Below, in pieces: positions 9,591 to 19,046 of a DNA stretch of 64,000 nt; positions within the stretch are counted from its first letter, which is position 1, and the number at the start of each line of letters is the position of its first letter. The notes below the pieces were generated by a model, which saw nothing but the letters and a program-made list of their open reading frames with translations, was not told where the DNA came from and did not search any database. A program made the translations under genes and the position numbers. Origin of the DNA: Candidatus Saccharimonadales bacterium (GTDB taxonomy: Bacteria; Patescibacteriota; Saccharimonadia; Saccharimonadales; UBA10212); contig JBBRSU010000001.1 in assembly GCA_038245195.1 (NCBI GenBank), positions 128,121 to 192,120 of the forward strand, read 5' to 3'.

Positions 9591-10490
9591 GTGGAAAATA
9601 GGCCTATTCCTGTAAGGAAAGCGGTCATAGCCGCGGCTGGGTTCGGAACTCGATTTTTGCCCCAGACCAAAGCTATGCCTAAGGAAATGCTGCCTTTGGT
9701 AGATAAACCCATAATTCAATACATCGTCGAGGAACTAGCTGAAGCCGGAATAAAGGACATTATAATTGTTACCGGCTATCATAAGCGAAGTATTGAAGAC
9801 CATTTTGATTACATCAGTAGTGACCTGCGTGCCAACTTGAAGGCAGCTGGCAAGACCGAGCTGCTGGAGCAAACAAAGAAAATTTCTGACCTTGCCAACT
9901 TTGCATATGTTCGCCAAAAAGGACCCTATGGCAGTGCCACCCCGGTTTTAGCGGCCGCCCACCTGCTTGGTAACGAGCCATTTATTTATACTTTTGCTGA
10001 CGATTTGATCGTTTCTCGGCCCAACAGGTTTAGCCAAATGATTGAACTATACGATAGACTCCAGGGCAGTATATTGCCCTGTATTAAAGTAACCAAAGAT
10101 GAAGACTATAAAAGATATGGTATTGTACGTGGCAATGAAATTGAGCCGGACATCATAAGACTAGATGGCATAGTTGAGAAACCCGGTAAACAAGAAGGGC
10201 TGTCTAATTTAGCAAGCATTGGTGGTTATTTACTTGGGCCTGAAGTCTTTGGGTACCTGGATAAGGGCCTATCGATGCTAAAGCAAGATGGCGAGTTCTA
10301 CTTAACCACTTACGTAATTGAGGAAATGATAAAAGCCGGGGAAAAAGTTTTTGGTTGCGGCATTACCAATAGTAAATACTACGACACCGGCGATAAATTG
10401 GAGTACCTAAAAACAGTCGTAGATTTTGCATTAATGCACGATGACCTAAAAACAGATTTTAAACAGTTTTTGCGTGCTAGAATATCCTAG
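9591..10490 (+). CDS. galU: UTP--glucose-1-phosphate uridylyltransferase
   Basis: KAVIAAAGFGTRFLPQTKAMPKEMLPLVDKPIIQYIVEE is the canonical GalU N-terminus. GTG start. Confidence 0.85.
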   Translation: MENRPIPVRKAVIAAAGFGTRFLPQTKAMPKEMLPLVDKPIIQYIVEELAEAGIKDIIIVTGYHKRSIEDHFDYISSDLRANLKAAGKTELLEQTKKISDLANFAYVRQKGPYGSATPVLAAAHLLGNEPFIYTFADDLIVSRPNRFSQMIELYDRLQGSILPCIKVTKDEDYKRYGIVRGNEIEPDIIRLDGIVEKPGKQEGLSNLASIGGYLLGPEVFGYLDKGLSMLKQDGEFYLTTYVIEEMIKAGEKVFGCGITNSKYYDTGDKLEYLKTVVDFALMHDDLKTDFKQFLRARIS

Positions 10491-10492
10491 AT

Positions 10493-11566
10493 ATGATTGT
10501 CGTTATTATTGCCGGCGGTTCGGGGACGCGCCTTTGGCCTCTGTCTACAGCAGATTATCCAAAACACCTACTTAGCCTAACCAACGATCGAAGTTTGCTA
10601 CAAAATACTTATGACAGAGTAAAAAGCTTAGCCAATGAAGTCTATGTGATTACCGAAAAATCGCACTCTAAATATGTTGAGCAGCAGTTACCGGAAATCC
10701 CTGGTAAGCGAATTTTAGCCGAACCAGCCAGACGTGGCACGGCCTCTTGTTTTGCATTGGCGCTTAGCGAAATTAAGCGACGTAAGTCGAAAGATGAGGC
10801 TATCTTTTTCCTTTGGGCAGACCATTTAATTAGTGATACAAAAGGCTTCCAAAAAACTGTAACTGAAGCGGCTGAACTTTCGGAAAAAAGCCAAAAACTG
10901 GTTTTTATGGGGGTTAAGCCAACCTATGCTTCCACCGGTTTTGGCTATATCCAAGAAGGCAAGAAAGCCAAGGTCTCTGCAAAGAATGTCTATGAGTTAA
11001 AACAATTTGTGGAAAAACCCGATAAAAAAACCGCCGATCAGTACTTTAAAAACGGCCGGTATTTATGGAACACTGGATATCTGATTGGAACGCTGAAAAC
11101 ATTTGAACGTGAAATTATGGATCATGCCCCTAGGTTATGGAATGATTACCAATCACTAAATGGGACTTTTTTGTCCATGAACCGTAAAAAAATTTACATG
11201 GATTTTGTATCTGAACCCATCGATACCGCCCTTTCTGAACACGTGCCGGATGGATTGGTGGTGCAAGGTAAGTTTGACTGGGCTGATGTCGGCTCATTTC
11301 ATGATCTGCATGGAGTTAGCGAACATGATAAAACCGGCAATCACATTAGTGGAGAGATGATAGAGCTAGACAATGTTACTGATAGTTATGTGCGGAATGA
11401 ATCTAAGGTGCCGGTGGCTGTAATTGGCCTTGATAATGTGGCTGTTATAGCTACCGAAAACGGAGTATTAGTTACCAATAAGGAACAAGCCCAAAAAGTT
11501 GGCGATATATCAAAAAAACTACAAGCCAAGGATAATAAAGGATTCAAATGGTTAGAAAAGTTATAG
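10493..11566 (+). CDS. mannose-1-phosphate guanylyltransferase (nucleotidyltransferase domain only)
   Basis: IIAGGSGTRLWPLS is the ManC/CpsB N-terminal signature. At 357 aa it has no fused PMI cupin domain. Confidence 0.8.
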   Translation: MIVVIIAGGSGTRLWPLSTADYPKHLLSLTNDRSLLQNTYDRVKSLANEVYVITEKSHSKYVEQQLPEIPGKRILAEPARRGTASCFALALSEIKRRKSKDEAIFFLWADHLISDTKGFQKTVTEAAELSEKSQKLVFMGVKPTYASTGFGYIQEGKKAKVSAKNVYELKQFVEKPDKKTADQYFKNGRYLWNTGYLIGTLKTFEREIMDHAPRLWNDYQSLNGTFLSMNRKKIYMDFVSEPIDTALSEHVPDGLVVQGKFDWADVGSFHDLHGVSEHDKTGNHISGEMIELDNVTDSYVRNESKVPVAVIGLDNVAVIATENGVLVTNKEQAQKVGDISKKLQAKDNKGFKWLEKL

Positions 11567-12324
11567 CTTTCGATTTAGATGGAACACTAGCTCCAAGTAA
11601 ATCGGCACTACCAGACCGGATGGGTGCTGCTTTGAATGATCTGCTTGAAAAGTATCACGTTTGTGTAATCTCTGGTGGTAAGTTTGAGCAATTCGAAAAA
11701 CAGCTACTTGGCAACCTGAAGACCGATGAAACCAAGCTGGCGAAACTGCACCTTATGCCAACTTGTGGAACTCGTTATTATCGATATGACAAAGTTAGTA
11801 AAACTTGGGAGCAGGTTTATGCCGAAGATTTTGACGCACAGCAAAAAACCGTAATTATCAAAGCTCTGAAGGTAGCGGTTGAGCATTTTGGAATGCAGGA
11901 AGAAGAAGTTTACGGTGAGACTATCGAGGACCGGGGTAGCCAAATAAGCTGGTCGGCCCTAGGGCAGGACGTAGTTGATGTATTAGGTGAAGAGGGTATC
12001 AAGCGCAAAGAAGAATGGGACCCCGATAATAAGAAAAAACTAAAGATTGTAGATCATTTGACACCTCTTTTAAAGGAATTCGAGGTAAGAGCAGGCGGGA
12101 CTACGACTATTGATATTACAAAAAAAGGTATAGACAAGGCCTATGGCATGAATAAAATTATGGAGGTCCTTAAAATAGATAAACACCAAATATTCTTTAT
12201 AGGTGACAAAATAATGGAGGGCGGCAACGACTATCCGGTGAAAGCCATGGGTATCGACACTTTGCAGATTTCCGACTGGCAGGAAACGGCTTTAGCTGTC
12301 GAAGTTATTATAAAAACTTCATAA
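11548..12324 (+). CDS. HAD-IIB phosphatase-fold phosphomannomutase-like protein
   Basis: It has the HAD motif I VIAFDLDGTLAPSK, a cap region, and a C-terminal FFIGDKIMEGGNDYP (motif IV). The architecture is that of the eukaryotic-type PMM / HAD-IIB family. It sits next to the GDP-mannose gene. Confidence 0.65.
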   Translation: MVRKVIAFDLDGTLAPSKSALPDRMGAALNDLLEKYHVCVISGGKFEQFEKQLLGNLKTDETKLAKLHLMPTCGTRYYRYDKVSKTWEQVYAEDFDAQQKTVIIKALKVAVEHFGMQEEEVYGETIEDRGSQISWSALGQDVVDVLGEEGIKRKEEWDPDNKKKLKIVDHLTPLLKEFEVRAGGTTTIDITKKGIDKAYGMNKIMEVLKIDKHQIFFIGDKIMEGGNDYPVKAMGIDTLQISDWQETALAVEVIIKTS

Positions 12325-12396
12325 ACAATTGACTGTAAGTGGTCTGTGGGAATAGAATTTAGACAACTTGCAAAGATAAATAGAAGGAGCTTTTAA

Positions 12397-12654
12397 ATGC
12401 ACAGCTACATGGAAAGGCCAATGGCAACGCCGATTGTGGTCAATAATCAAGACCCAGTCTTATTGGGCAATATGCTTGAACAAACGTCGGGCGAAAAAAG
12501 AGATATCATTCGAAACCAACGTGATGCAATTAAATCAATAGTAGGATCATTAGCTTTGAGCGAAGGGCTGATTATGGGTATAGCAACAATGGGCCCAGCT
12601 GAAAGATTATTTCTGGCGGAAGCAAGAGAAGCTTCCGAAGGTAGTCTTCTCTGA
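12397..12654 (+). CDS. hypothetical small protein
   Basis: 85-aa ORF preceded by aaggag (12384-12389). No family recognised. Confidence 0.4.
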   Translation: MHSYMERPMATPIVVNNQDPVLLGNMLEQTSGEKRDIIRNQRDAIKSIVGSLALSEGLIMGIATMGPAERLFLAEAREASEGSLL

Positions 12655-12678
12655 ATTACTTAACTAGTTAAGTAATTC
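12653..12678. repeat. perfect 26-bp palindrome, member of the TACTTAAC/GTTAAGTA family
   Basis: gaattacttaactagttaagtaattc equals its own reverse complement. It begins inside the TGA stop (12652-12654) of the preceding ORF. Confidence 0.9.
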
Positions 12679-12818
12679 ATTTGACTGTTTATCGGATTTG
12701 GCTTGAGGTATAGTTTTAGGAATGTTTTTTTCAAGTGTAGTGACTAGGCTCTCGGAGATTTGTTTACTCTGCAGACTGTTAATTTGAGTAATTAACAAAA
12801 ATATGTTAAATAATATAT

Positions 12819-13340
12819 GTGAGACAAAATACTGAATACAGCAATACTTTTTGTAGAGATTACCCGGGAGAAATTAGCAGTGAATCCGATGCCGGTATAA
12901 ATGCGGGCTTTAGAATACGACTTGATGGGTTAATAGAACATACATTTTCTGATTATTATCCTCAAAATATGACCGAAGGGACATCACGCACCAGTAACGA
13001 GATAATGGTCAAAGAGCCATTCTCAAAAGAAACTAAGAAGCTAGAACTTTTTGAAGTAGATGGCCAGCCACTGACGTTGCATTTTTATATTTACAAACCC
13101 GAAGAGCATCCTGAAAATCACCTACCTTACAGCCCCAGCATCAACGCTATATTCCATTTGCAAGCAACTGAAGCCAAACCGGCTAGGATTTATGAGAGCA
13201 TTTATCTTTCGCAAAAACATTTTGATACATCAAATAGTCGATATGATGAGCTAAAGATTTTAGAGAATTTTGAACGTATGGAACAAGCTATCGACTTATA
13301 TAACTGGGCACTTGGAGTAAACCAACCGGCTATTTCTTAA
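12819..13340 (+). CDS. hypothetical protein
   Basis: 173-aa ORF with a GTG start and no recognisable motifs. Its 3' end overlaps the convergent GT4 gene by 11 nt. Confidence 0.4.
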   Translation: MRQNTEYSNTFCRDYPGEISSESDAGINAGFRIRLDGLIEHTFSDYYPQNMTEGTSRTSNEIMVKEPFSKETKKLELFEVDGQPLTLHFYIYKPEEHPENHLPYSPSINAIFHLQATEAKPARIYESIYLSQKHFDTSNSRYDELKILENFERMEQAIDLYNWALGVNQPAIS

Positions 13341-14421
13341 TCACTCGCTGTACGTAAGTCTGAAAATTATCGCTAAATACCACCGCAGAATATTTCTGGG
13401 AAGATTTTTGGATTTGAGTTGAGTTGTAATTTCCGGGATTAAACTTTTTAAGCTCGTTGGTCAGACTTTCGACGGTCTGTTCACTAAAAAACTCGCCGGT
13501 TTTACCTGGCTGAACATAATCTAAGGCACCCCCAGCTTCATAAGCAATTACAGGTGTGCCAGCAGCCAATGCTTCAACTGCTACAATCCCAAAGTCATCT
13601 ATGCCGGGGAAGATAAAGGCTAGAGAAGTTTGAAAATAGTGGGCCAGCTCTTCGTCGGTTTTACCGCGTAAGAATGTTACTGATTTTCCGGCCAGACGCT
13701 TGAGCTTGCCATGGTCTGGCCCACTACCTAGTACCACCAGTGGCAGATTAAGCTGAGTGCAAGCCTTAACCGCCAAGTCGATTTTTTTATAGGGCGTTTG
13801 CCGGCCAGCGATAACAAAGCCGCGTCGTGGTTCCTCGGCTTTGCCGGCAAACCGCTCGATTTCAACTGGCGGGTGAATTACCACCGAATCCCGCCCATAA
13901 TATTGCTTAATCTGATCTTTGATGAAGTTGGAGTTAGCAATTAAGTAATTAGGCCTTTGGGCGGCACTGTAATCCCAGCGTCGCATAGGACCAAGAAGTA
14001 TTTTTAAACCAAGCCGGGCCAGCCAGTTTAGTCTTCCGAAGCCAGGGTTGGCCATGTAGTCGTTGTAACGGCTCCAATAATAATGTGTCGGGGCATGAAT
14101 GTACGACATATGCACCGTGTGAGCGGCGACTTTAATGCCTTTGGCTTCGGCACCGGAGCTAGAGATTACTAAGTCGTATTCGCTTAAGTCTAAGTGCGAA
14201 AACCACCAAGCCCGTAATGGTGGCAAAAACTTACGGAGCTTAGAAAATGGCCAGTTTTGCATGTAGCTAGTGATAACTTGAGTGCCAGCTAATTTTTCGT
14301 GCCATTCAGGCGAACAATAGGCAGTATAAATCGGGGCTTTGGGGTACATCTTATGAAGCTCGTAAACTACCCGCTCAGCGCCACCGCCCACGAACCAATC
14401 ATGAATGATGGCAACTTTCAT
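13330..14421 (-). CDS. glycosyltransferase, GT4 family
   Basis: MKVAIIHDWFVGGGAERV at the N-terminus and FIFPGIDDFGIVAVEALAAGTPVIAYEAGG near the C-terminus fit the mannosyl/glycosyl-transferase GT4 pattern. Confidence 0.8.
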   Translation of the reverse strand: MKVAIIHDWFVGGGAERVVYELHKMYPKAPIYTAYCSPEWHEKLAGTQVITSYMQNWPFSKLRKFLPPLRAWWFSHLDLSEYDLVISSSGAEAKGIKVAAHTVHMSYIHAPTHYYWSRYNDYMANPGFGRLNWLARLGLKILLGPMRRWDYSAAQRPNYLIANSNFIKDQIKQYYGRDSVVIHPPVEIERFAGKAEEPRRGFVIAGRQTPYKKIDLAVKACTQLNLPLVVLGSGPDHGKLKRLAGKSVTFLRGKTDEELAHYFQTSLAFIFPGIDDFGIVAVEALAAGTPVIAYEAGGALDYVQPGKTGEFFSEQTVESLTNELKKFNPGNYNSTQIQKSSQKYSAVVFSDNFQTYVQRVIKK

Positions 14422-14424
14422 TAA

Positions 14425-15870
14425 CTATCGGGCTCCGCCACCACGGAGCACTACACGCACGGTCTTTGCCAGAATCATCAAATCCATCCAAATGCTCCAG
14501 TTCTGGACGTAAAACAAATCGAGCTTACGCCGCTCTGCAAAGCTAATATCTCGCCTGCCAGACACTTGAGCCAGACCCGTTAAGCCAGACTTCACTGCCA
14601 GGATCAGATCTTTCTTGTCGTATTCATTCAGCTCCGATATTTGCAGAGCGCGAGGTCCGACAAAGCTTATGTCTCCCTTAAAGATATTTATAAGCTGAGG
14701 CAGCTCATCTAAGCTTGATCGACGAAGCACTCGACCAATTCCACTAATCCGAGGGTCGTTAGGAATTTGGTCACCAGCTTGTCTATATTTTTCAATTAAA
14801 TCCCGTCGGCCCATTTTTTCAAAAGCTTCCTCTGGTGTCAGACCACTATATTTTTTTAAGTGTGTTCGGAATTTATATATCTTGGCAGTGCTACCAAAGC
14901 GGGTCAAACGAGGATCTTTATAAACGATCGGTCCTCGAAAATCGAAAATCTTCACCATTAATCCAATAAGTATCATCATTGGAACCCCCGGTATAAGCAT
15001 TGCTAGGCTTAGTATTAAATCACTGATTCTTTTTACTATTCGGCCCCAGCCGATTAGGGCAGTCTGGTGGACCGCAATAACTGGTACTGATGAACGGAAC
15101 AGCTCCACGGCAATATTGCCGACAAATAGTTCACTATTGCCCGGTACGAAGCGGTAGGAGATATGGTTAGTTTGAGTATAATCTAGAATTTCGTTATTAC
15201 GGCTGGCGGCGGCAAATAGTTCGGTTTGAACTACTCCGTGAATATCCGCCGCTTTTAAATGCTTAACAGCATCCTCGAATGAACCAAAGACCCTCAAATG
15301 AGGATACCGCTTCACAGCTTGGTCTTTATCGGCGACAACGCCAACAATCCGATAGCCAGAAACTTTATAATCATCTAGAAAATCTATTAGCTCAACTGTA
15401 ATCCGAGTGTTACCAACCAGCAGAAGATTGGTTATTCCGACATCGTAACTATACAGCCAAGCCCGTGTGCCGCGCGCGAAGTTACGAAACGAGGCTAGGA
15501 AAATAAAAGCCAAGCTAAATCCATAAATTGGAACCAGTTTAGAAGGAAATACTATCCGATTGGAAAAGTAGGCATAGCTAGTTACAAACAGCAGGCCGAT
15601 AAATGAGCCAATTAGTAAGCGGCCTAGCTCTACAAACCGCTTTTCCTGGATACTTGTGCCATACAACCCCATCAGAGCGAAGAAAGTTATCCAAAACGGT
15701 AAAAGCAATAAAAAAATACTTAAGTAAGTCGCTGCATGAAGTGGATGAGCTACAGGTGCAGCGCTTAAGTGGGTTCTTAAGATGTAAGCCGCCACAAAAG
15801 CCGCCACTAGAGCCAAAGCATCGCCCACCACCAGGATAAATCCATAAATGAGCGAAGCGTTACTTTTCAT
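14425..15870 (-). CDS. polyprenyl-phosphate sugar-phosphotransferase (WbaP/exopolysaccharide priming transferase family)
   Basis: An N-terminal polytopic region is followed by the C-terminal bacterial sugar transferase domain: DELPQLINIFKGDISFVGPRAL and DLFYVQNWSIWMDLMIL. Confidence 0.85.
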   Translation of the reverse strand: MKSNASLIYGFILVVGDALALVAAFVAAYILRTHLSAAPVAHPLHAATYLSIFLLLLPFWITFFALMGLYGTSIQEKRFVELGRLLIGSFIGLLFVTSYAYFSNRIVFPSKLVPIYGFSLAFIFLASFRNFARGTRAWLYSYDVGITNLLLVGNTRITVELIDFLDDYKVSGYRIVGVVADKDQAVKRYPHLRVFGSFEDAVKHLKAADIHGVVQTELFAAASRNNEILDYTQTNHISYRFVPGNSELFVGNIAVELFRSSVPVIAVHQTALIGWGRIVKRISDLILSLAMLIPGVPMMILIGLMVKIFDFRGPIVYKDPRLTRFGSTAKIYKFRTHLKKYSGLTPEEAFEKMGRRDLIEKYRQAGDQIPNDPRISGIGRVLRRSSLDELPQLINIFKGDISFVGPRALQISELNEYDKKDLILAVKSGLTGLAQVSGRRDISFAERRKLDLFYVQNWSIWMDLMILAKTVRVVLRGGGAR

Positions 15871-15891
15871 CTATACTAGATTGTAGCATTT

Positions 15892-17238
15892 ATGAAGTAT
15901 TCCGCCCCTGTTAGATTAGTTACTCTACTGTCGTGGCTGGTCACGGCCGTATTAGTTATAGTCCCATTCCACGCTTTTTTAACGGTTTGGGCTTCAAATT
16001 TGGTCGGTCACTATACACTGCTGAGACTCTGGAAAGAGTTTTTACTGGTGCCAATTGTGCTAGGTGCTTTTTATATTCTGTTAAGCGATAAAGCAATACG
16101 CAACAAACTATTTTCGCTGGGAATTACTAAGCTAATCTTGGTTTACGCCAGCTTATTAATCACTAACGGAGTAATATTTCTGGCTCGCCACCAAGTTAGC
16201 ACCAAAGCCATGTGGTACGGGCTTTTAGTAGACTTACGGTTTTTAATTTTCTTTTTAGCAACGCTAGTTTTGGCCAGCATTTCCGGCCAATTGGTCAAAA
16301 ATTGGCGGAAAATATTGTTTTTCCCGGCCATGGTAGTCGCGGTATTCGCAATAATTCAATATTTGATTCTACCGTATGATTTTTTAAAACATTTCGGCTA
16401 CGGCAATACCACTATCAGTCCTTATGAAACGATTAACTACAACCTAAATCATATTCGAGTAGCTTCTACTTTGCGCGGTTCCAATTCCTTAGGTGCTTAT
16501 TTGATTTTGCCCATCAGCGTGCTAGCGGCCAGTTTGTTTGCTCAAAATTCTGGCCGACGCGATAAAGCCATGCTAGGCTTTGGACTAGCTCTGGCCCTAG
16601 GTTTTAGTTTTTCGCGCAGTGCCTGGCTTGGTGCTATGTTAAGTGTTTTATTAGTAGCTTGGTATTCATTTAAGTCATTAAAAACCAGAGAGTTAATTGG
16701 TTGGTGGCTAGCCGGAGCACTCATTTTAGCCAGTTTGCTTGTATTCGGGTTGCGTAATAACTTGAGCTTTGAGAACGCCGTGTTTCATACCGATAGGCAA
16801 TCAAAGATTGCCCTTAACTCTAACCAAGGCCATTCGGCGGCCTTCAAATCGGCCGTTAAGGACATTGTGCATCAGCCGCTAGGCAGTGGAGTCGGTAGCG
16901 CCGGCCCACAATCGGTTTATAACAATAAGCCATCACGGATTGCCGAAAATTATTTTCTACAAATCGGCCAAGAAGCCGGCGTTTTGGGCATGCTGTTATT
17001 CATAGCTATCTGTCTGGCCCTAGCCAAATTATTATTCGATAACCGCAAAGATAGCTTAGCTATAGCCATGCTGGCCAGTTTAATCGGTCTGAGTTTAGTA
17101 AACCTATTATCACACGCTTGGGCTGACGATACCTTAGCTTACGTCTGGTGGGGAATGGCTGGTATCTGTCTAGCGCCTGCTATAATTACCAGTAATAGGC
17201 ATAACCAATTACATGGCCAAAAAATCAAAAAATCGTAA
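15892..17238 (+). CDS. O-antigen ligase/polymerase-like (Wzy_C domain) polytopic membrane protein
   Basis: 448 aa with at least 10 TM segments. The central loop region (SFSRSAWLGAMLSVLLV) is typical of the O-antigen ligase family. Confidence 0.65.
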   Translation: MKYSAPVRLVTLLSWLVTAVLVIVPFHAFLTVWASNLVGHYTLLRLWKEFLLVPIVLGAFYILLSDKAIRNKLFSLGITKLILVYASLLITNGVIFLARHQVSTKAMWYGLLVDLRFLIFFLATLVLASISGQLVKNWRKILFFPAMVVAVFAIIQYLILPYDFLKHFGYGNTTISPYETINYNLNHIRVASTLRGSNSLGAYLILPISVLAASLFAQNSGRRDKAMLGFGLALALGFSFSRSAWLGAMLSVLLVAWYSFKSLKTRELIGWWLAGALILASLLVFGLRNNLSFENAVFHTDRQSKIALNSNQGHSAAFKSAVKDIVHQPLGSGVGSAGPQSVYNNKPSRIAENYFLQIGQEAGVLGMLLFIAICLALAKLLFDNRKDSLAIAMLASLIGLSLVNLLSHAWADDTLAYVWWGMAGICLAPAIITSNRHNQLHGQKIKKS

Positions 17239-17707
17239 GTTAGTCATCCAGTTCATTGAGTATATGGTTTCGGGCGGTGTGTATTTTTGGGTTGGCTACG
17301 GAATCTTATTGTATTTGTACAACGGCTTGCATTGGAGCTTGTGGTGGTCGACAATTGCTAGCAATGTAGTGGGCTGGTCGGCCAACTTTATGCTACAACG
17401 GTTTTGGGTATTTAATAACAAATCACTCAAAACTCATCAAACCCAGGTCACCGGCCGATATATTTTTATAACCCTAGTCGACTTTGTCTTGAACTACTTC
17501 ATCCTATTTGGTCTAAATAGCGTTGGCATACCCCCGAAATTTGGCCAATTTATTAGCTCCGGCTTTTTTACGGTTTGGAACTACCTGTGGTATCGCTTTT
17601 GGGTATTCCCGGTGCATATGAAGAAGCATAAAACTATAGTTACTCCAGTCCGAGTTGTTGCCCACCGGGCCCACGGACATGTGGGTTATCATAGGGCAAC
17701 AAAATGA
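17213..17707 (+). CDS. GtrA-family membrane protein
   Basis: 164 aa with 4 TM segments. FIEYMVSGGVYFWVGYGILLYL and NFMLQRFWVFN are GtrA-like motifs. Confidence 0.65.
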   Translation: MAKKSKNRKLVIQFIEYMVSGGVYFWVGYGILLYLYNGLHWSLWWSTIASNVVGWSANFMLQRFWVFNNKSLKTHQTQVTGRYIFITLVDFVLNYFILFGLNSVGIPPKFGQFISSGFFTVWNYLWYRFWVFPVHMKKHKTIVTPVRVVAHRAHGHVGYHRATK

Positions 17708-18207
17708 GCCCATCGCCAGCAAAAGTTGAACCCAACGAGAGGCTCCGGCCGACTAAAAAACAAAAAGAGCTACTAACATTTATTGAAGATTTTATTATTG
17801 CCCACGGTTATAGCCCCAGTTATCGGGAAATTATGGCTGGCACCGGCCATACTTCGGTAGCAACCGTTAGCTTACATGTTAATAGTTTGATAAATCGTGG
17901 TCATCTAGCAAAACGCGACCGCTCCGCCAGATCTTTGGAGTTAGTAAAAGCTAAAAATCAGCCCACTGATACTGAGATTAAGATTAAACAGCTAAATGCT
18001 AGTGAAGAAAAATGGCTAATTCAGAAAGTTGAGCTATTTTTTAAACAAGCCGAGGACACCCCTAGGCTATCAGAGCCTGAGCTAGACAAGCTATATGTTT
18101 TAATTGGTGCCCTAAAAGTTTTAGGATTAGATGGTGCCGCCCAATCCTTTATGCCACGACTAAACGAGCTCAAGAAATCAAAAGAGTCTAATCAATATAG
18201 TGTTTAG
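17704..18207 (+). CDS. LexA-type winged-helix DNA-binding domain protein lacking the S24 peptidase domain
   Basis: PTKKQKELLTFIEDFIIAHGYSPSYREIMAGTGHTSVATVSLHVNSLINRGHLAKRDRSARSLEL matches the LexA N-terminal DNA-binding domain. The C-terminal ~80 aa have no Ala-Gly cleavage site or Ser/Lys dyad region. Confidence 0.6.
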   Translation: MSPSPAKVEPNERLRPTKKQKELLTFIEDFIIAHGYSPSYREIMAGTGHTSVATVSLHVNSLINRGHLAKRDRSARSLELVKAKNQPTDTEIKIKQLNASEEKWLIQKVELFFKQAEDTPRLSEPELDKLYVLIGALKVLGLDGAAQSFMPRLNELKKSKESNQYSV

Positions 18208-18211
18208 GGTC

Positions 18212-18451
18212 TTAGCCTTTTAGGAATAAGAAATAGATAACAACTAATACAACTACAGCTACAGCCACATACACCCACATCTTTTTCTTACTACCGGCTG
18301 TGGCCGGTTGATTGGGGGGAGTTGGAGAGACTGGAGCTGGATCTGCCGGGGCAGGTGAGGCCAATGGTGGCATAGGGCCTGGTACTGGCGGTTCAGATGT
18401 GGTTGGCGGAGCCGGTGGGGTTTGGGTTGGCGGTTCAGCGGTTGGATTCAT
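18212..18451 (-). CDS. small proline-rich protein with C-terminal TM anchor
   Basis: 79 aa. The sequence PTQTPPAPPTTSEPPVPGPMPP... is followed by WVYVAVAVVVLVVIYFLFL. The call is uncertain because the low-complexity sequence also opens an antisense ORF. Confidence 0.4.
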   Translation of the reverse strand: MNPTAEPPTQTPPAPPTTSEPPVPGPMPPLASPAPADPAPVSPTPPNQPATAGSKKKMWVYVAVAVVVLVVIYFLFLKG

Positions 18452-18530
18452 TAGTTTGACCTCATTTAATAACCATATTTTATCACGCTTGAGTTAACGC
18501 TTATAAAATATTGAGTGCTAACATATAATC

Positions 18531-19046
18531 ATGGATTCAATAATTATATTCGGTGCCAAGTTCTTATTCGTGCTAGTGCCCGTGCTTTTTGTGGTTGCGT
18601 TATATCAAGCTAGTAAAAAACACCAGAAACAGCTTATTGTAGCGGTGGTTGTAGCTGTAATTGTGGCTGCCATCGCTGATAAGATCTTGAGCAAACTTTA
18701 TTACGATCCCAGGCCTTTTGTGACTCATCACCTAAAACCTCTAGTGGCCCATGCCGCTGATAACGGTTTTCCCTCCGAGCACACCCTTTTTTCAATCACA
18801 ATCAGTAGCGTGCTTTATGCCTATCGAAAACGCCTAGGACTATTAGCCCTGGGCGTCTCGATGATAGTTGGTATTGCTAGAATAGCTGCTCATGTCCACT
18901 CACCGATAGATATTTTAGGTGCAATCGCTATCGGTGCTGGCTCAGCCTATATTGGCGTTTGGGTAGCTGCTAAATACTTAGCTAAACACTCAAAGAAGCT
19001 AAACGCTACGCCGACCCACAATCATATTGTAGATAAACACCACTAG
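18531..19046 (+). CDS. PAP2-family phosphatase (undecaprenyl-diphosphatase/BcrC-like)
   Basis: The PAP2 motifs are KxxxxxxRP (KLYYDPRPF), PSEHT (FPSEHTLFS) and SRxxxxxHxxxD (ARIAAHVHSPIDILGA). Confidence 0.8.
   Translation: MDSIIIFGAKFLFVLVPVLFVVALYQASKKHQKQLIVAVVVAVIVAAIADKILSKLYYDPRPFVTHHLKPLVAHAADNGFPSEHTLFSITISSVLYAYRKRLGLLALGVSMIVGIARIAAHVHSPIDILGAIAIGAGSAYIGVWVAAKYLAKHSKKLNATPTHNHIVDKHH

Noticed and set aside
15713-15730. tacttaagta 10-bp palindrome inside the WbaP-like gene as a member of the palindrome family
   Set aside because: It lacks the AAC-NN-GTT centre and the outer arms. A short AT-rich palindrome like this is expected by chance.
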